A DNA stretch of 64,000 bases, taken from assembly GCA_963675665.1 (NCBI GenBank), contig OY776510.1, forward strand, positions 1,504,001-1,568,000, in the 5' to 3' direction. Shown piece after piece: positions 39,329 through 48,864 of the stretch (within the stretch, counting starts at the first letter, position 1; every line of letters starts with the position of its first letter). The DNA comes from Spirochaetia bacterium. GTDB taxonomy: Bacteria > Spirochaetota > Spirochaetia > UBA9216. The notes beneath the pieces are model-generated. The model saw nothing but the letters and a program-made list of their open reading frames with translations. It was not told the DNA's origin and did no database searches. Position numbers and translations under genes: made by a program.

Positions 39329-40673
39329 GTTTCTTTAACTGCGCGTTCAGTGCAATTGCCGCGGTTAATGTTGTCAGAATGTCGGCAACAGGATTTGCAG
39401 CCCAGACTCCGATGGCTCCGAACAGCGGACAGATGACAAGCATGACGGGAATAAAATAAATCACCATTCTGCAGGTGACGAAAACAGCCGCCCTTTTGGC
39501 TGCGCCTGTAGCCTGCAGCAGAATCAGCGTGTTAAACATAAAACCGTATAGCGGATACATGCAGAAAAATATTCTCGGAGCATTGTAAATTTCTTTAAGA
39601 ATTAAAGGCTCGGTAATAAACCAGCCTGTAACAAGCCTTGGTGCAAAAATCAGCATTGACCAGAAAAAGAGGGTGAAAACAGTTGCATAAGCAGTAAAGG
39701 TTGCATAGCCCTTAAACAGCCTGATTGTTTTTCCCGCTCCGTAATTTACGCCTATAAAAGGCTGCATGCCCTGGGCTATCCCCCATACCGGGGGCAATAA
39801 AAGGCTGAATATTTTAAAAATTGTTCCAAGGGCTATTACATCGTTCTGGACTGCAAAAAGATCGAGCATCTTGTATGCAGTAACAATTTCAATAATTGCC
39901 ATAAGCGGAAGGGCCAGGGCTGAAAACCCGATTGAAAGGATCTTTTTAATCATCTCGGGATTAATTAGCCTGAAGCTGAGGCTGACATGGACCAGGCTTT
40001 TTTCAGAATGCAGAAATAAAAGGCTTAAAATCATACTGAGGGCCTGTGAAATAACAGTTGCGGCGGCGGCCCCTCTTATCCCCATATTGAAGCCTATTAT
40101 AAGAACAGGATCAAGTACAAGATTCAGAACTGCACCGGCTCCGAGGATTAACATCGCCTGGCGAATCATTCCTTCCGAACGGATAAGCATATTGGAAGAG
40201 GCCGCAAAATTTATAAAAAATGTTCCGGCAACAACAACACGCATATACTGTATGCCGAGATCCAGCATTTCGCCTTCCCCGCCCATGAAAGAAACGAATT
40301 GAGGCGCAAAAACAATTGATACGGCTGTTAACGCGGCGCATATTATCAGGTTGAGCAGTAAAATAGCTGGAAATACACGCCTGAGAATACTGTTGTCTCC
40401 GCTTCCGATGCTGCGGGAAACAATTGAAGCTGCGCCGGTTCCTATAAGCCCGGAAATACCGTTGTTCAGGAGAGAAAAGGGGTATACAAGACCTACAGCA
40501 CCCATTCCCTCGGGGCCTACAAACTGGCCGACGAAAACTCCGTCTACAAACTGGTAAAAGCCGAAGACCAGCATTCCAATGATGCCCGGAACCGAAAGTT
40601 TAAAGAATAAAACTGACGGTTTTTCATTAAGCAGCTTTTCCTGCCGGTCGGTAAATGTATCCACTCTGTTCAA
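39303..40673 (-). CDS. MATE-family efflux transporter (start may be GTG40664)
   Basis: VDGVFVGQFVG, NLVLDPVLI..MGIRGAAAATVISQ, GVNYGAG. Confidence 0.93.
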   Translation of the reverse strand: MNRVDTFTDRQEKLLNEKPSVLFFKLSVPGIIGMLVFGFYQFVDGVFVGQFVGPEGMGAVGLVYPFSLLNNGISGLIGTGAASIVSRSIGSGDNSILRRVFPAILLLNLIICAALTAVSIVFAPQFVSFMGGEGEMLDLGIQYMRVVVAGTFFINFAASSNMLIRSEGMIRQAMLILGAGAVLNLVLDPVLIIGFNMGIRGAAAATVISQALSMILSLLFLHSEKSLVHVSLSFRLINPEMIKKILSIGFSALALPLMAIIEIVTAYKMLDLFAVQNDVIALGTIFKIFSLLLPPVWGIAQGMQPFIGVNYGAGKTIRLFKGYATFTAYATVFTLFFWSMLIFAPRLVTGWFITEPLILKEIYNAPRIFFCMYPLYGFMFNTLILLQATGAAKRAAVFVTCRMVIYFIPVMLVICPLFGAIGVWAANPVADILTTLTAAIALNAQLKKLKLDQVYE

Positions 40674-40706
40674 TCTACAAATATTTCATGTTTCACGCAA
40701 GTATAA

Positions 40707-41897
40707 TTAATTTATTATGGTCTTCAGCGCTGAAGCCAGTTTGTAAAAGTCGTCCCGGCGGCTGAACCGTCCAAGCGAAATCCTGATTGAGCCGGATGCT
40801 CTTTTGGCCGGTCGGCCCATGGCCCTGAGTACAGCCGACTGACCCGAAAGCCTTTCGGAGCAGGCGGAGAATCTGCTGATGCAGATGTTCATTCTGTTAA
40901 GCATAAAGAGAAGTTCTTCCAGATCAACATCTGATTTAAAACTGATGCAGAGAATTCCGGGAGCACTTTTCTCCGGGGTTTCTATTGTAAATCCGAGCCC
41001 GGTTTTTTCCAGAATTGAAACGCCGTCCCTGCACAGAGCTTCAAGCATCTTTATCTCATCCTGCTGCTGCAATTTCATCAGTTTTAGCGCTTCGCACAGC
41101 GCTGCGGCTCCGGGGACGTTTTCTGTTCCCCGCCTTATTGTCGACAAGCGTATTCCCGGTCGCGACCAGATGAGTGCTGTTCCCTTCGGAGCGTAAAGTT
41201 TATGGCCGCTTATACAGAATATATCGCAGAATGGAGCCCATTCCGACGGTTGAAGCCTTGCCGCCGCCTGGACAGAGTCCAGGATAACCAGGGCCCCGAA
41301 CTTCCGGGCCGCTGCAGCAATCTCCTTTACCGGTTGTATGCTGCCGGTTTCATGGTTTACCGGCGATAATATCAGTGCGGTACTGCCGGGTCCGGGAAAT
41401 GTCCGGCTAAAAGTTTTTTCAAGCAGGGGGACGGAAAGCATGCCGTTGTAATCCACCGGCAAAGTCAGAACCGATCCGGCATAACCGCGGGGAGCAAGGG
41501 GTGTTTTTCTTGCAAGATGAAACAGCGGGTGCCTGACTGCCTGATGTTCGACTGCGGTTGTGATTATATTCAGATCGTTTTTTCTGGAGCACAGGCCGAA
41601 CAGAATTGCCGCGATTGCATCCGTACCGCTGTTGCAAAGTTCAAAACCGTCTGCATTCACGCCGAAAAAATCCGAAGCGGCTGAATTGAGCTGTTCAAGT
41701 TCGTTCCAGCCGGCTGAACCGGCGCTGTGCAGGCTGGACGGGTTTCCCCATGTTCGTCTGCAGGCCCGTTCGAAAGCGCCTATCACCCGGGGATCAACAG
41801 GTGTTGTGGCATTGTAATCCATATATACGGTTCGTTCCGGTACCCAAGGAACTGCCGCCTCCCTGATTTTGCGTCTTAACTCACATTTGCATGCCAT
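40707..41897 (-). CDS. Cysteine desulfurase family (NifS/IscS, class V PLP)
   Basis: YMDYNATTP, GNPSSLH, NHETG, DSVQA, SGHK (PLP Lys), GTENV, SACS, IRISLGR. Confidence 0.9.
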   Translation of the reverse strand: MACKCELRRKIREAAVPWVPERTVYMDYNATTPVDPRVIGAFERACRRTWGNPSSLHSAGSAGWNELEQLNSAASDFFGVNADGFELCNSGTDAIAAILFGLCSRKNDLNIITTAVEHQAVRHPLFHLARKTPLAPRGYAGSVLTLPVDYNGMLSVPLLEKTFSRTFPGPGSTALILSPVNHETGSIQPVKEIAAAARKFGALVILDSVQAAARLQPSEWAPFCDIFCISGHKLYAPKGTALIWSRPGIRLSTIRRGTENVPGAAALCEALKLMKLQQQDEIKMLEALCRDGVSILEKTGLGFTIETPEKSAPGILCISFKSDVDLEELLFMLNRMNICISRFSACSERLSGQSAVLRAMGRPAKRASGSIRISLGRFSRRDDFYKLASALKTIIN

Positions 41898-41959
41898 GGT
41901 TTAAAGTAGCATGGAGGCGGAGGCTTGTAAATTGAACAAATTCATGATTTTATACTCAG

Positions 41960-43174
41960 ATGAAGAAAATGTTTCTGCGGATATTTCCTTATAAAGGCTT
42001 GCCTGTTCCCGTATATGTTTTGTTTTTTTCGAGAATAGTAAACCGGATGGGTGATTTTGTAAGATTTTTCCTGACGCTTTATCTTACAGGGTTTCTCGGT
42101 ATGGACGAAAAATCCGCGGGTTTTATAATCACTTTAAGCGGCCTTGCCTCAATGGCCGGAAATATAGCCGGAGGAAAACTTACCGATCATGCAGGCCGTA
42201 AAAAAGTGATGCTTGGGGCCCAGATTTGCAGCGCGGCTTTTATAGGCTTTTGCGGATTCATTCCTGATTCAGCGCTACTTCCTTGGCTGCTGATAGTCTC
42301 CCAGTTCTTTTGCGGAGCCGTCAGGCCGGTAAGTTCATCTATGGTTATGGATCTTACTGTTGCAGAACAGAGGCAAAAAGCTATTTCGCTTCTGTACCTC
42401 GGGATAAATATCGGGGTTGCGGTGGGTCCGCTTATAGCGGGGTTTTTATTTAATAATTTTCGGCGTTGGATTTTCTGGGGAGATGCAGCTACAACCATTA
42501 TTGCCGTACTTCTTGTTGCTTTTCTGGTCCCTGAATCAATGCCCGCTGCGGGTAATGATGAAAGTCTGCCGGAGCAGGAACGTCACGAAGAAGGATCGGT
42601 GTTCAAAGTTCTTTTAAAGCGGCCGGTGCTGGCGATCTTTCTGGCCTCGTCTGTTTTGATGGCTTTTATATATTCGCAGGCTTCATTTACGTTGCCGCTT
42701 CAGTGCAGCAAAGTCTTTCCGGGAGACGGTGCCCGTATTTTCGGAATACTTATGTCTGCCAATGCCGTTACAGTTCTTGTTCTTACACCGGTGGTACTTA
42801 AAATCTTCGGTAACCGTAAACCGCTGTCCAATCTTGTAACAGGCAGCCTCTGCTTTGCCTGGGGGTTCGGAATGCTTTACAGAATGGATGCAGGAATTTC
42901 CTGGTATCTTTTATCGACGGTAATCTGGACTGTCGGTGAAATAATAATGGTCACAAATGAAGGTGTTTTCACGGCAGCGCATTCCCCGGTCAATCACAGG
43001 GGAAGAATTAACGGAATACGTAATATGATGCACAGTGCAGGATCTGCGGCGACGCCGCTTCTTTCGGGAATCTTCATCAGCGCTGTCAGCCTTAGGGCAG
43101 TATGGCCGCTCATAATTATATTATGTCTGGTTTATCTGGCTGTAATTGCTTATCTGAATCACAGGGATTCCTGA
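41960..43174 (+). CDS. MFS transporter
   Basis: GGKLTDHAGRK motif A; about 12 TM segments. Confidence 0.93.
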   Translation: MKKMFLRIFPYKGLPVPVYVLFFSRIVNRMGDFVRFFLTLYLTGFLGMDEKSAGFIITLSGLASMAGNIAGGKLTDHAGRKKVMLGAQICSAAFIGFCGFIPDSALLPWLLIVSQFFCGAVRPVSSSMVMDLTVAEQRQKAISLLYLGINIGVAVGPLIAGFLFNNFRRWIFWGDAATTIIAVLLVAFLVPESMPAAGNDESLPEQERHEEGSVFKVLLKRPVLAIFLASSVLMAFIYSQASFTLPLQCSKVFPGDGARIFGILMSANAVTVLVLTPVVLKIFGNRKPLSNLVTGSLCFAWGFGMLYRMDAGISWYLLSTVIWTVGEIIMVTNEGVFTAAHSPVNHRGRINGIRNMMHSAGSAATPLLSGIFISAVSLRAVWPLIIILCLVYLAVIAYLNHRDS

Positions 43175-45449
43175 AAGTGGTTCCTATGACCGCGGGAAGC
43201 AGTATAAGTGTTCCGAGCATTGTGAAAGTGAGCGAGAAACAAATTAGAAGCCCGAAGTAGACTATACCCAGAAAATTGGATAACATCAGGAAAAGCAGTC
43301 CCCCGACTATGGATATGGTTGTATGAAGAATGGGCCGGCCCGCTTCCATATGCGTCAGCTCAATGGCCTTCTCAATTTTACAGCAGAGTTTCAGGTTCTT
43401 TTTAAAATGGATGTTATAGTGAATAGCATCGTCTACTCCTACACCAATAACAATCGATGAAACCATAAGCGTCAGCATATCCAGAGGAATCTGCATAATA
43501 GCCATAAAGCTGAAGTTCAGCATCAGGCCGGTGAACAGCGGAAGCAGAGTAAGCAAGGCATATTTTATACTTCTGAATGTTAAACACGATACAAAGCAGA
43601 CAAAAATAATCGCTATTATTGTTGATGTAACCTGCCCCCTGTTCAGCAAATCAGCAAGGTAGAGAAATCTGAAATCCGATGACCATAAATCCGGGTTAAG
43701 GCTGGTCAGTTCCAAATTGATTTTATTCTCTACCCTGTTTACAAGTGAACGAAGAGAATCTTCGGAAAGGCCTATGCTCCTTTCCTTATTATAAATCCTG
43801 AATGTTATTGTGATTTGTGAAAAATCTTCATTTGCCAGTTTCTGCAGGTTTGCATTGCCGGCATCTTCGGCTCTTATCAGTTTCAGATATCGAGCAAGAA
43901 GATTAATTAATCCCTTGCTTTCGGGAATTTCATGTTCATTTTTCATCAGATAATTAAGTTCGCGAATAAAAAATGCGACGGAAGATACGGAGATTATATC
44001 GTCGTCTTCAAGCAGCTCAAGCTCAAAATCTGAAATTTTCTTTAAAATATCCGGTTGCAGAAAAAATCCCGGCTCATTGTCCGGACTGTGAAGGGAAAGG
44101 TTCAGCACCTGGTACCCTCCGGTTTTCATCGTGATGTAGCTTGTTTCATTTACTACGGAATCGTCTTCGGGAAAATAAGACAGGTAATCCGACTGCGAGG
44201 GTATTTGCGGGTATAAGTAAATAAACAGAATCGTAATTGCGAGAATAACAGCAATGAACACTTTCTTGTATTTAAATACCCACAATCCCAGTTTTCCCAT
44301 AAGTCTTGCAAACAACCCGCTTCGCATGTTTTCCTTCTGGGATTCCGTAGGGGGAGTTATTTTGGAAAGAACGGCCGGCATGTAAAATACCGTCAACAGC
44401 ATGCATGAAATGATTCCAAAGCTGGTAACTATGCCGAATTCCCTTGTCTGATCCAGGGGAGTAAACAACAGACTGATAAAGCCGATTACTGTTGTAAGAC
44501 ATGCAAACATTATAGTTTTATTGACATGCAGGGTGGCATCGACTATCCATTTCCGATCTTTCCGGTCGGGCTGCGATTCCCGATAGTATTGATTGAGTAT
44601 ATGGATGGCATATGAGCTCCCGATTGTCAGTACCAGGGGCGGTATAATAAGGCTTATCATATTCAGCTTGTATCCCAGGATACTCATTAAACCGACCGAC
44701 CAGATTGTTCCCATGACTACAACCGACATCGGAAGAAGAAAACTGCGCTTTGATTTAAATCCGAGATAAAATGAAGCAAGCATAAAAAGAAAGGCAAACA
44801 ATACAAGCTTGCCCAAATCGTTGAGCAGGTACGTATTGCACCGATCAGAGATGGGAACATCTCCGGTAGTGTAAACTGTAAAGTAAGACTCGAGCTTGTG
44901 TTTTATTTCTCCGTAGTCTTTCATAAACCCGGCAGCTTCATCGGTCAGCGGGCGGCATGGAAAACCTATGCTCAGCATGGTTCCGTCTTCGGAGATCATT
45001 GAACCGGAATAGAACGGGTTTCCGATCAGGTTCACTTTGAATTGTTCCAGTTCTTTTTCGGTTCCCGGGGCCTTTCCTGAAGGGGCAAGGGGGTGAACTG
45101 CAAGCCGGCCCCCTTCGTTTGAGAATGTCATGGTACTGAAAGGGTTTATGCCCGGGGTAATTCCCGGAAGTTTTTCAATATCGGCAATAGCTTTTTCAAG
45201 TGTCTGAAGGCCTTCCAGTGTAAACAGGTTGTCGCTTTCAACTGCAAAAAGAAAATAGCCGGAAAGAGATGAATCAGATTCATACTTTTCGAGCATCTCA
45301 ACTACCTTGCTGTGTTCGGGAACAAGGTTTTCAGCCGACGGGTCAATGTCGACATTTGAAGCTTTGAATGCAAACAGAAGAGTTATAGCCAGAGTGAGAG
45401 TGATGACGATATTGGAATGTTCAAATGCGTAATGGAATATTCTTCTCAT
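43116..45449 (-). CDS. MMPL/RND-family transporter
   Basis: Two TM bundles with large loops; IGSSYAIH and GVGVDDAIH. Confidence 0.9.
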   Translation of the reverse strand: MRRIFHYAFEHSNIVITLTLAITLLFAFKASNVDIDPSAENLVPEHSKVVEMLEKYESDSSLSGYFLFAVESDNLFTLEGLQTLEKAIADIEKLPGITPGINPFSTMTFSNEGGRLAVHPLAPSGKAPGTEKELEQFKVNLIGNPFYSGSMISEDGTMLSIGFPCRPLTDEAAGFMKDYGEIKHKLESYFTVYTTGDVPISDRCNTYLLNDLGKLVLFAFLFMLASFYLGFKSKRSFLLPMSVVVMGTIWSVGLMSILGYKLNMISLIIPPLVLTIGSSYAIHILNQYYRESQPDRKDRKWIVDATLHVNKTIMFACLTTVIGFISLLFTPLDQTREFGIVTSFGIISCMLLTVFYMPAVLSKITPPTESQKENMRSGLFARLMGKLGLWVFKYKKVFIAVILAITILFIYLYPQIPSQSDYLSYFPEDDSVVNETSYITMKTGGYQVLNLSLHSPDNEPGFFLQPDILKKISDFELELLEDDDIISVSSVAFFIRELNYLMKNEHEIPESKGLINLLARYLKLIRAEDAGNANLQKLANEDFSQITITFRIYNKERSIGLSEDSLRSLVNRVENKINLELTSLNPDLWSSDFRFLYLADLLNRGQVTSTIIAIIFVCFVSCLTFRSIKYALLTLLPLFTGLMLNFSFMAIMQIPLDMLTLMVSSIVIGVGVDDAIHYNIHFKKNLKLCCKIEKAIELTHMEAGRPILHTTISIVGGLLFLMLSNFLGIVYFGLLICFSLTFTMLGTLILLPAVIGTTFRNPCDSDKQLQPDKPDII

Positions 45450-45556
45450 TTTCTCCGTGCGAATTGTATCAGAATTCCAGACAAAAGAGTATCCGAATTA
45501 TTAAAAAAGCATGAATTCACAAATAAACATGAGCGGGATGTTAAGTTCCGATTTAT

Positions 45557-45597
45557 AAAAAAAGCCGTCGGCTTTGCTGAAAGGCAAAACTGACGGC
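45557..45597 (-). terminator. Intrinsic terminator of the lipoprotein gene
   Basis: Minus strand GCCGTCAGTTTTGC..GCAAAGCCGACGGC followed by T7. Confidence 0.8.
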
Positions 45598-45618
45598 GAA
45601 TATTAAGGGTAACAGATT

Positions 45619-46179
45619 CTAGTCAAAAGAAAACAGACTGCCGAGGCCGCCGAAAACACCGTCTGCATTCAGGTTGGGTGCTATGTTTGTTTTATCCAGA
45701 CCGCCGGCAGCTTTCAGGTATCTTACCGTGTCGGCTCTTTCCTGATCAACTGTTCCGAGGTCTACAAGTTTGAGGGCTTTTCCTCTAACAGTAACAGTCT
45801 CTTTAATTAGAATAATATTGTTGGTGCTTGATGAGTATATTGATGTTACATAAATACCGTCGGCTCCGACAGTTTTCATCGCATCATAAGCAGCGCATCT
45901 GGCGCCCACATCGTTTGAAGCGGTTCCGAAGATACTGGCAATACTTGTTGCCGGGGTGTCGCCCAATGGAAGGTACCCGAAAAGTTTTGAATATTCGACG
46001 GTCCCTTCGACGTCTCCGATAATTTCGTAAGCTACTTCAGAAGGTCTTGCCCACATTGAGTTTGTTTCAGTGCTTAATGCAATATCGTCTTTCATGAGAG
46101 GCTTTTTATCATAAGTGGTACATGCGGACATTCCGAGTACGATCACTGCAAGCAGCGCAAAAATGATTAGTTTTTTCAT
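45619..46179 (-). CDS. Hypothetical lipoprotein
   Basis: Lipobox MSAC; GAGGAG SD; YEIIGDVEG..GADG..VRGKA small alpha/beta fold. Confidence 0.8.
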   Translation of the reverse strand: MKKLIIFALLAVIVLGMSACTTYDKKPLMKDDIALSTETNSMWARPSEVAYEIIGDVEGTVEYSKLFGYLPLGDTPATSIASIFGTASNDVGARCAAYDAMKTVGADGIYVTSIYSSSTNNIILIKETVTVRGKALKLVDLGTVDQERADTVRYLKAAGGLDKTNIAPNLNADGVFGGLGSLFSFD

Positions 46180-46326
46180 TTTTTCATCTCCTCTTGATTT
46201 ATATTATGAATATAGCGTTATAGATAAAATTGATCAATGAGAATCTTTTAAAATATGGAATTCCTTTCAGGTAAAACATGGTTTTCCGGAATTCAATGAA
46301 AGGTTTTTCATAAAGTAATTTTTTTC

Positions 46327-46363
46327 TTGACAATTTAAGATTATATTGTTATAACAATATAAT
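46327..46363 (+). promoter_or_regulatory. Sigma70 promoter (TTGACA-17-TATAAC) overlapped by a perfect 24-bp palindromic operator
   Basis: ATTATATTGTTA|TAACAATATAAT at 46340-46363; the GTTATAAC core fits GntR/HutC-type sites. Confidence 0.8.
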
Positions 46364-46517
46364 AAATAGGCAGGCGGCATCATTCGAATGCAGCCGCGGA
46401 AAGTTATATACCGTTGTTATTAAATAAGCTTGATATTAAGGCCGTTTCGTTTAGGTTGAGTTTATAAAAAGAAAGCACCGGCAAAACAGGAACTGTTAAA
46501 AAGGAACAAGTGAAAAC

Positions 46518-47720
46518 ATGATCGACACAAAACGATTACAAACTATTAAAAAAATATATCACCGTGTTTTGGAAAAAGATGTAATTCCTTTTTGGCTGCA
46601 AAATTCTCTCGATGAGAAAAACGGCGGTTACTATAATTATCTGGATAGGGATGGAGAAGTTTTAAGCAGGGATAAATCAGTCTGGCTTCAGAATCGCGAA
46701 ATGTGGTTTTTCTCAAAGATTTATAATGAGATTGAACACCGTGAAGATTGGAAAGATGCGGCGGCTCTTGGATATAACTTTATCGGGAAACATTGTTTGG
46801 ATAACGACGGAAGAATGTTTTTTCTGGTAGATGAACAGGGCCGTAAACTTCGCAAGAGGCGCTATTGGCTGACTGATACTTTTGCAGTTCTCGGGTTTAG
46901 TCAGTATTCAGTTGCGTCAGGAGACTATAAGGCTCTCAGGGCGGCACGGCGTTCTTTTGATAAAATTATTGACTTGTATGAGAAACCGGAAGGTTTGGAG
47001 CCGAAGTTTTTTATTGAAAACAGATCTATGAAAGCATTAGTTGCACCAATGCTATTGATGTCGACTGCCCAGGAAATCAGGCAAGTTGATAAAGACTATA
47101 CTGAAAAATATAACAAAGTGATTGATACCTGCATCTGTGAAGTGAAAAATAATTTTTATAAAAAAGAAGAAGGTGCTTTGCTTGAGACAGTGTTGTCTGA
47201 TGGGCAGATTTTAAATAATCCTGAAGGAAGAATTGTAAACCCGGGACACTCTATTGAGACATCATGGTTTCTGATGAATGAAGCTTTATACAGAAAAGAT
47301 AAAGATCTTTTTTATTTGGCTCTGGAGATTCTAAATTGTTCCTATGAAAGAGGCTGGGATAACGAGTATGGCGGAATCCTGACTTTCACTGATCTTTGGG
47401 GAAAACCAAGCCCAAGGCTGGAGTGGGATATGAAATTCTGGTGGACACATACCGAAAGTCTGTTTGCCATGCTGCTTGCTTATATAGCAACACAGGATGA
47501 TTCATATCTGGCTAAATATGAGAAATTACACAAGTGGACTTTCGATTATTTTCCTGATTGTGAATATGGTGAATGGTTCGGGTACCTGCACAGAGATGGC
47601 AGCATTTCTTCTCAGATTAAGGGTTCAGAATGGAAAGGGACACTGCATTTACCCAGACTGTTATTAAACGGAATTAATTGTATTGATAATTATTCTCAGA
47701 TAGGTGCCATATTCGGTTGA
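46518..47720 (+). CDS. N-acyl-D-glucosamine 2-epimerase (AGE) family protein 1
   Basis: DKSVWLQNR, NPGHSIETSWF, MKFWWTHTE, GEWFGYLHRDG, WKGTLHLPR. Confidence 0.92.
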   Translation: MIDTKRLQTIKKIYHRVLEKDVIPFWLQNSLDEKNGGYYNYLDRDGEVLSRDKSVWLQNREMWFFSKIYNEIEHREDWKDAAALGYNFIGKHCLDNDGRMFFLVDEQGRKLRKRRYWLTDTFAVLGFSQYSVASGDYKALRAARRSFDKIIDLYEKPEGLEPKFFIENRSMKALVAPMLLMSTAQEIRQVDKDYTEKYNKVIDTCICEVKNNFYKKEEGALLETVLSDGQILNNPEGRIVNPGHSIETSWFLMNEALYRKDKDLFYLALEILNCSYERGWDNEYGGILTFTDLWGKPSPRLEWDMKFWWTHTESLFAMLLAYIATQDDSYLAKYEKLHKWTFDYFPDCEYGEWFGYLHRDGSISSQIKGSEWKGTLHLPRLLLNGINCIDNYSQIGAIFG

Positions 47721-47836
47721 TTTCATGATTTGGCGGCGGATTGTCGGGGAGTATTATCAAGTGACATAACAAGCCTGTTGCTTGAAAGATCAGAGCTTGT
47801 AAAAAACTGATAGATAAGGGGTATTTTTAAGTTGAT

Positions 47837-47850
47837 TAAGAACGTTCTTA
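47837..47850. promoter_or_regulatory. LacI-type operator palindrome TAAGAACGTTCTTA (partial second copy at 47913-47925)
   Basis: Perfect 14-bp palindrome with central CG, upstream of pfkB-lacI. Confidence 0.75.
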
Positions 47851-47973
47851 CCATGTGTCAATAATATGATATCGAAAATAGTTAAATAGATATTAGATAT
47901 AGAAATAAAATATAAGAACGTTAATGTTCAAGTGATTTAGGAGTACGTCTTTTATAATGTGTCGGGAGGACTT

Positions 47974-48864
47974 GTGAATAAGGTTTTAGTTTTCGGGATG
48001 GTGTTGTTTGACTCGATAAACGGGAAAAACTACATTGGGGGTCCGCCTCTCAATGTAACATTGCATATGGCCAGACAGGGCTTTCCTTCAATATTTATTT
48101 CTTCTGTTGGTAATGATGAGCTTGGAGTAATTGCAAAGTCCGTGTTGAAGGAAGAAGGGGTTTCTGCAGAATACGTAAAGACCGATTTACATGAAACAGG
48201 CAAGGCTGTTGCAGTTATCGATGATAATGGAATTCCTGCTTTCAATATAAAAAAGGATGTGGCCTACGATTATATTACCCTGGAGAAGGAAGAACTGGAT
48301 CGTTTATCCCATGAATATTTTGATATGCTTTACTTTGGAACAGTTGAACAACGTGGTGCGGTAACATCGGAAACATTGAAGAAAATACTGAGTCGAGTGA
48401 AGTTTAAGAATATATTCTACGATATCAATTTAAGGAAAGGGCATTTTACCCGGGAGGTTATAGATTTCTCTTTAAATAATACCAGTATTTTCAAGTTGAA
48501 TGATGAAGAAGTGATGATGCTGGATCGGATATTCGGTCTGGACCTGAATGATGAAAAAAGAATTGTTGATTGGTTATTTAATACTTATAGCATCGATGTC
48601 ATAGTTATTACCAGGGGAAGGCAGGGCGCCAGTGTTTTTACGCGTATATCTATACACGACATAGATGGAATTAAAATTGAAGTTAAAGATACAGTGGGTT
48701 CTGGAGATGCATTTTCTGCCGGTTTCATTACAGAATATCTGAAAAGCGGTGATGTGGTTGCAGCAGCTAAAAAAGGTAATGGACTCGGTGCATATGTTGC
48801 CGCGCACTCCGGGGCTGTACCGGGGTTGGAAAAGAGTAAAACAAAAGCGAAGGTAGCGAAATGA
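47974..48864 (+). CDS. PfkB-family carbohydrate kinase (fructokinase-like)
   Basis: GGPPLNV, DINLR, KLNDEE, TRGRQGA, DTVGSGDAF; GTG47974 with GGGAGG SD. Confidence 0.95.
   Translation: MNKVLVFGMVLFDSINGKNYIGGPPLNVTLHMARQGFPSIFISSVGNDELGVIAKSVLKEEGVSAEYVKTDLHETGKAVAVIDDNGIPAFNIKKDVAYDYITLEKEELDRLSHEYFDMLYFGTVEQRGAVTSETLKKILSRVKFKNIFYDINLRKGHFTREVIDFSLNNTSIFKLNDEEVMMLDRIFGLDLNDEKRIVDWLFNTYSIDVIVITRGRQGASVFTRISIHDIDGIKIEVKDTVGSGDAFSAGFITEYLKSGDVVAAAKKGNGLGAYVAAHSGAVPGLEKSKTKAKVAK

Noticed and set aside
47718-47810. Open frame continuing 29 codons after the TGA of AGE-1 (readthrough or selenocysteine)
   Set aside because: The protein is already full length, the TGA is not at a Cys-homologous site, and no SECIS-like hairpin is evident
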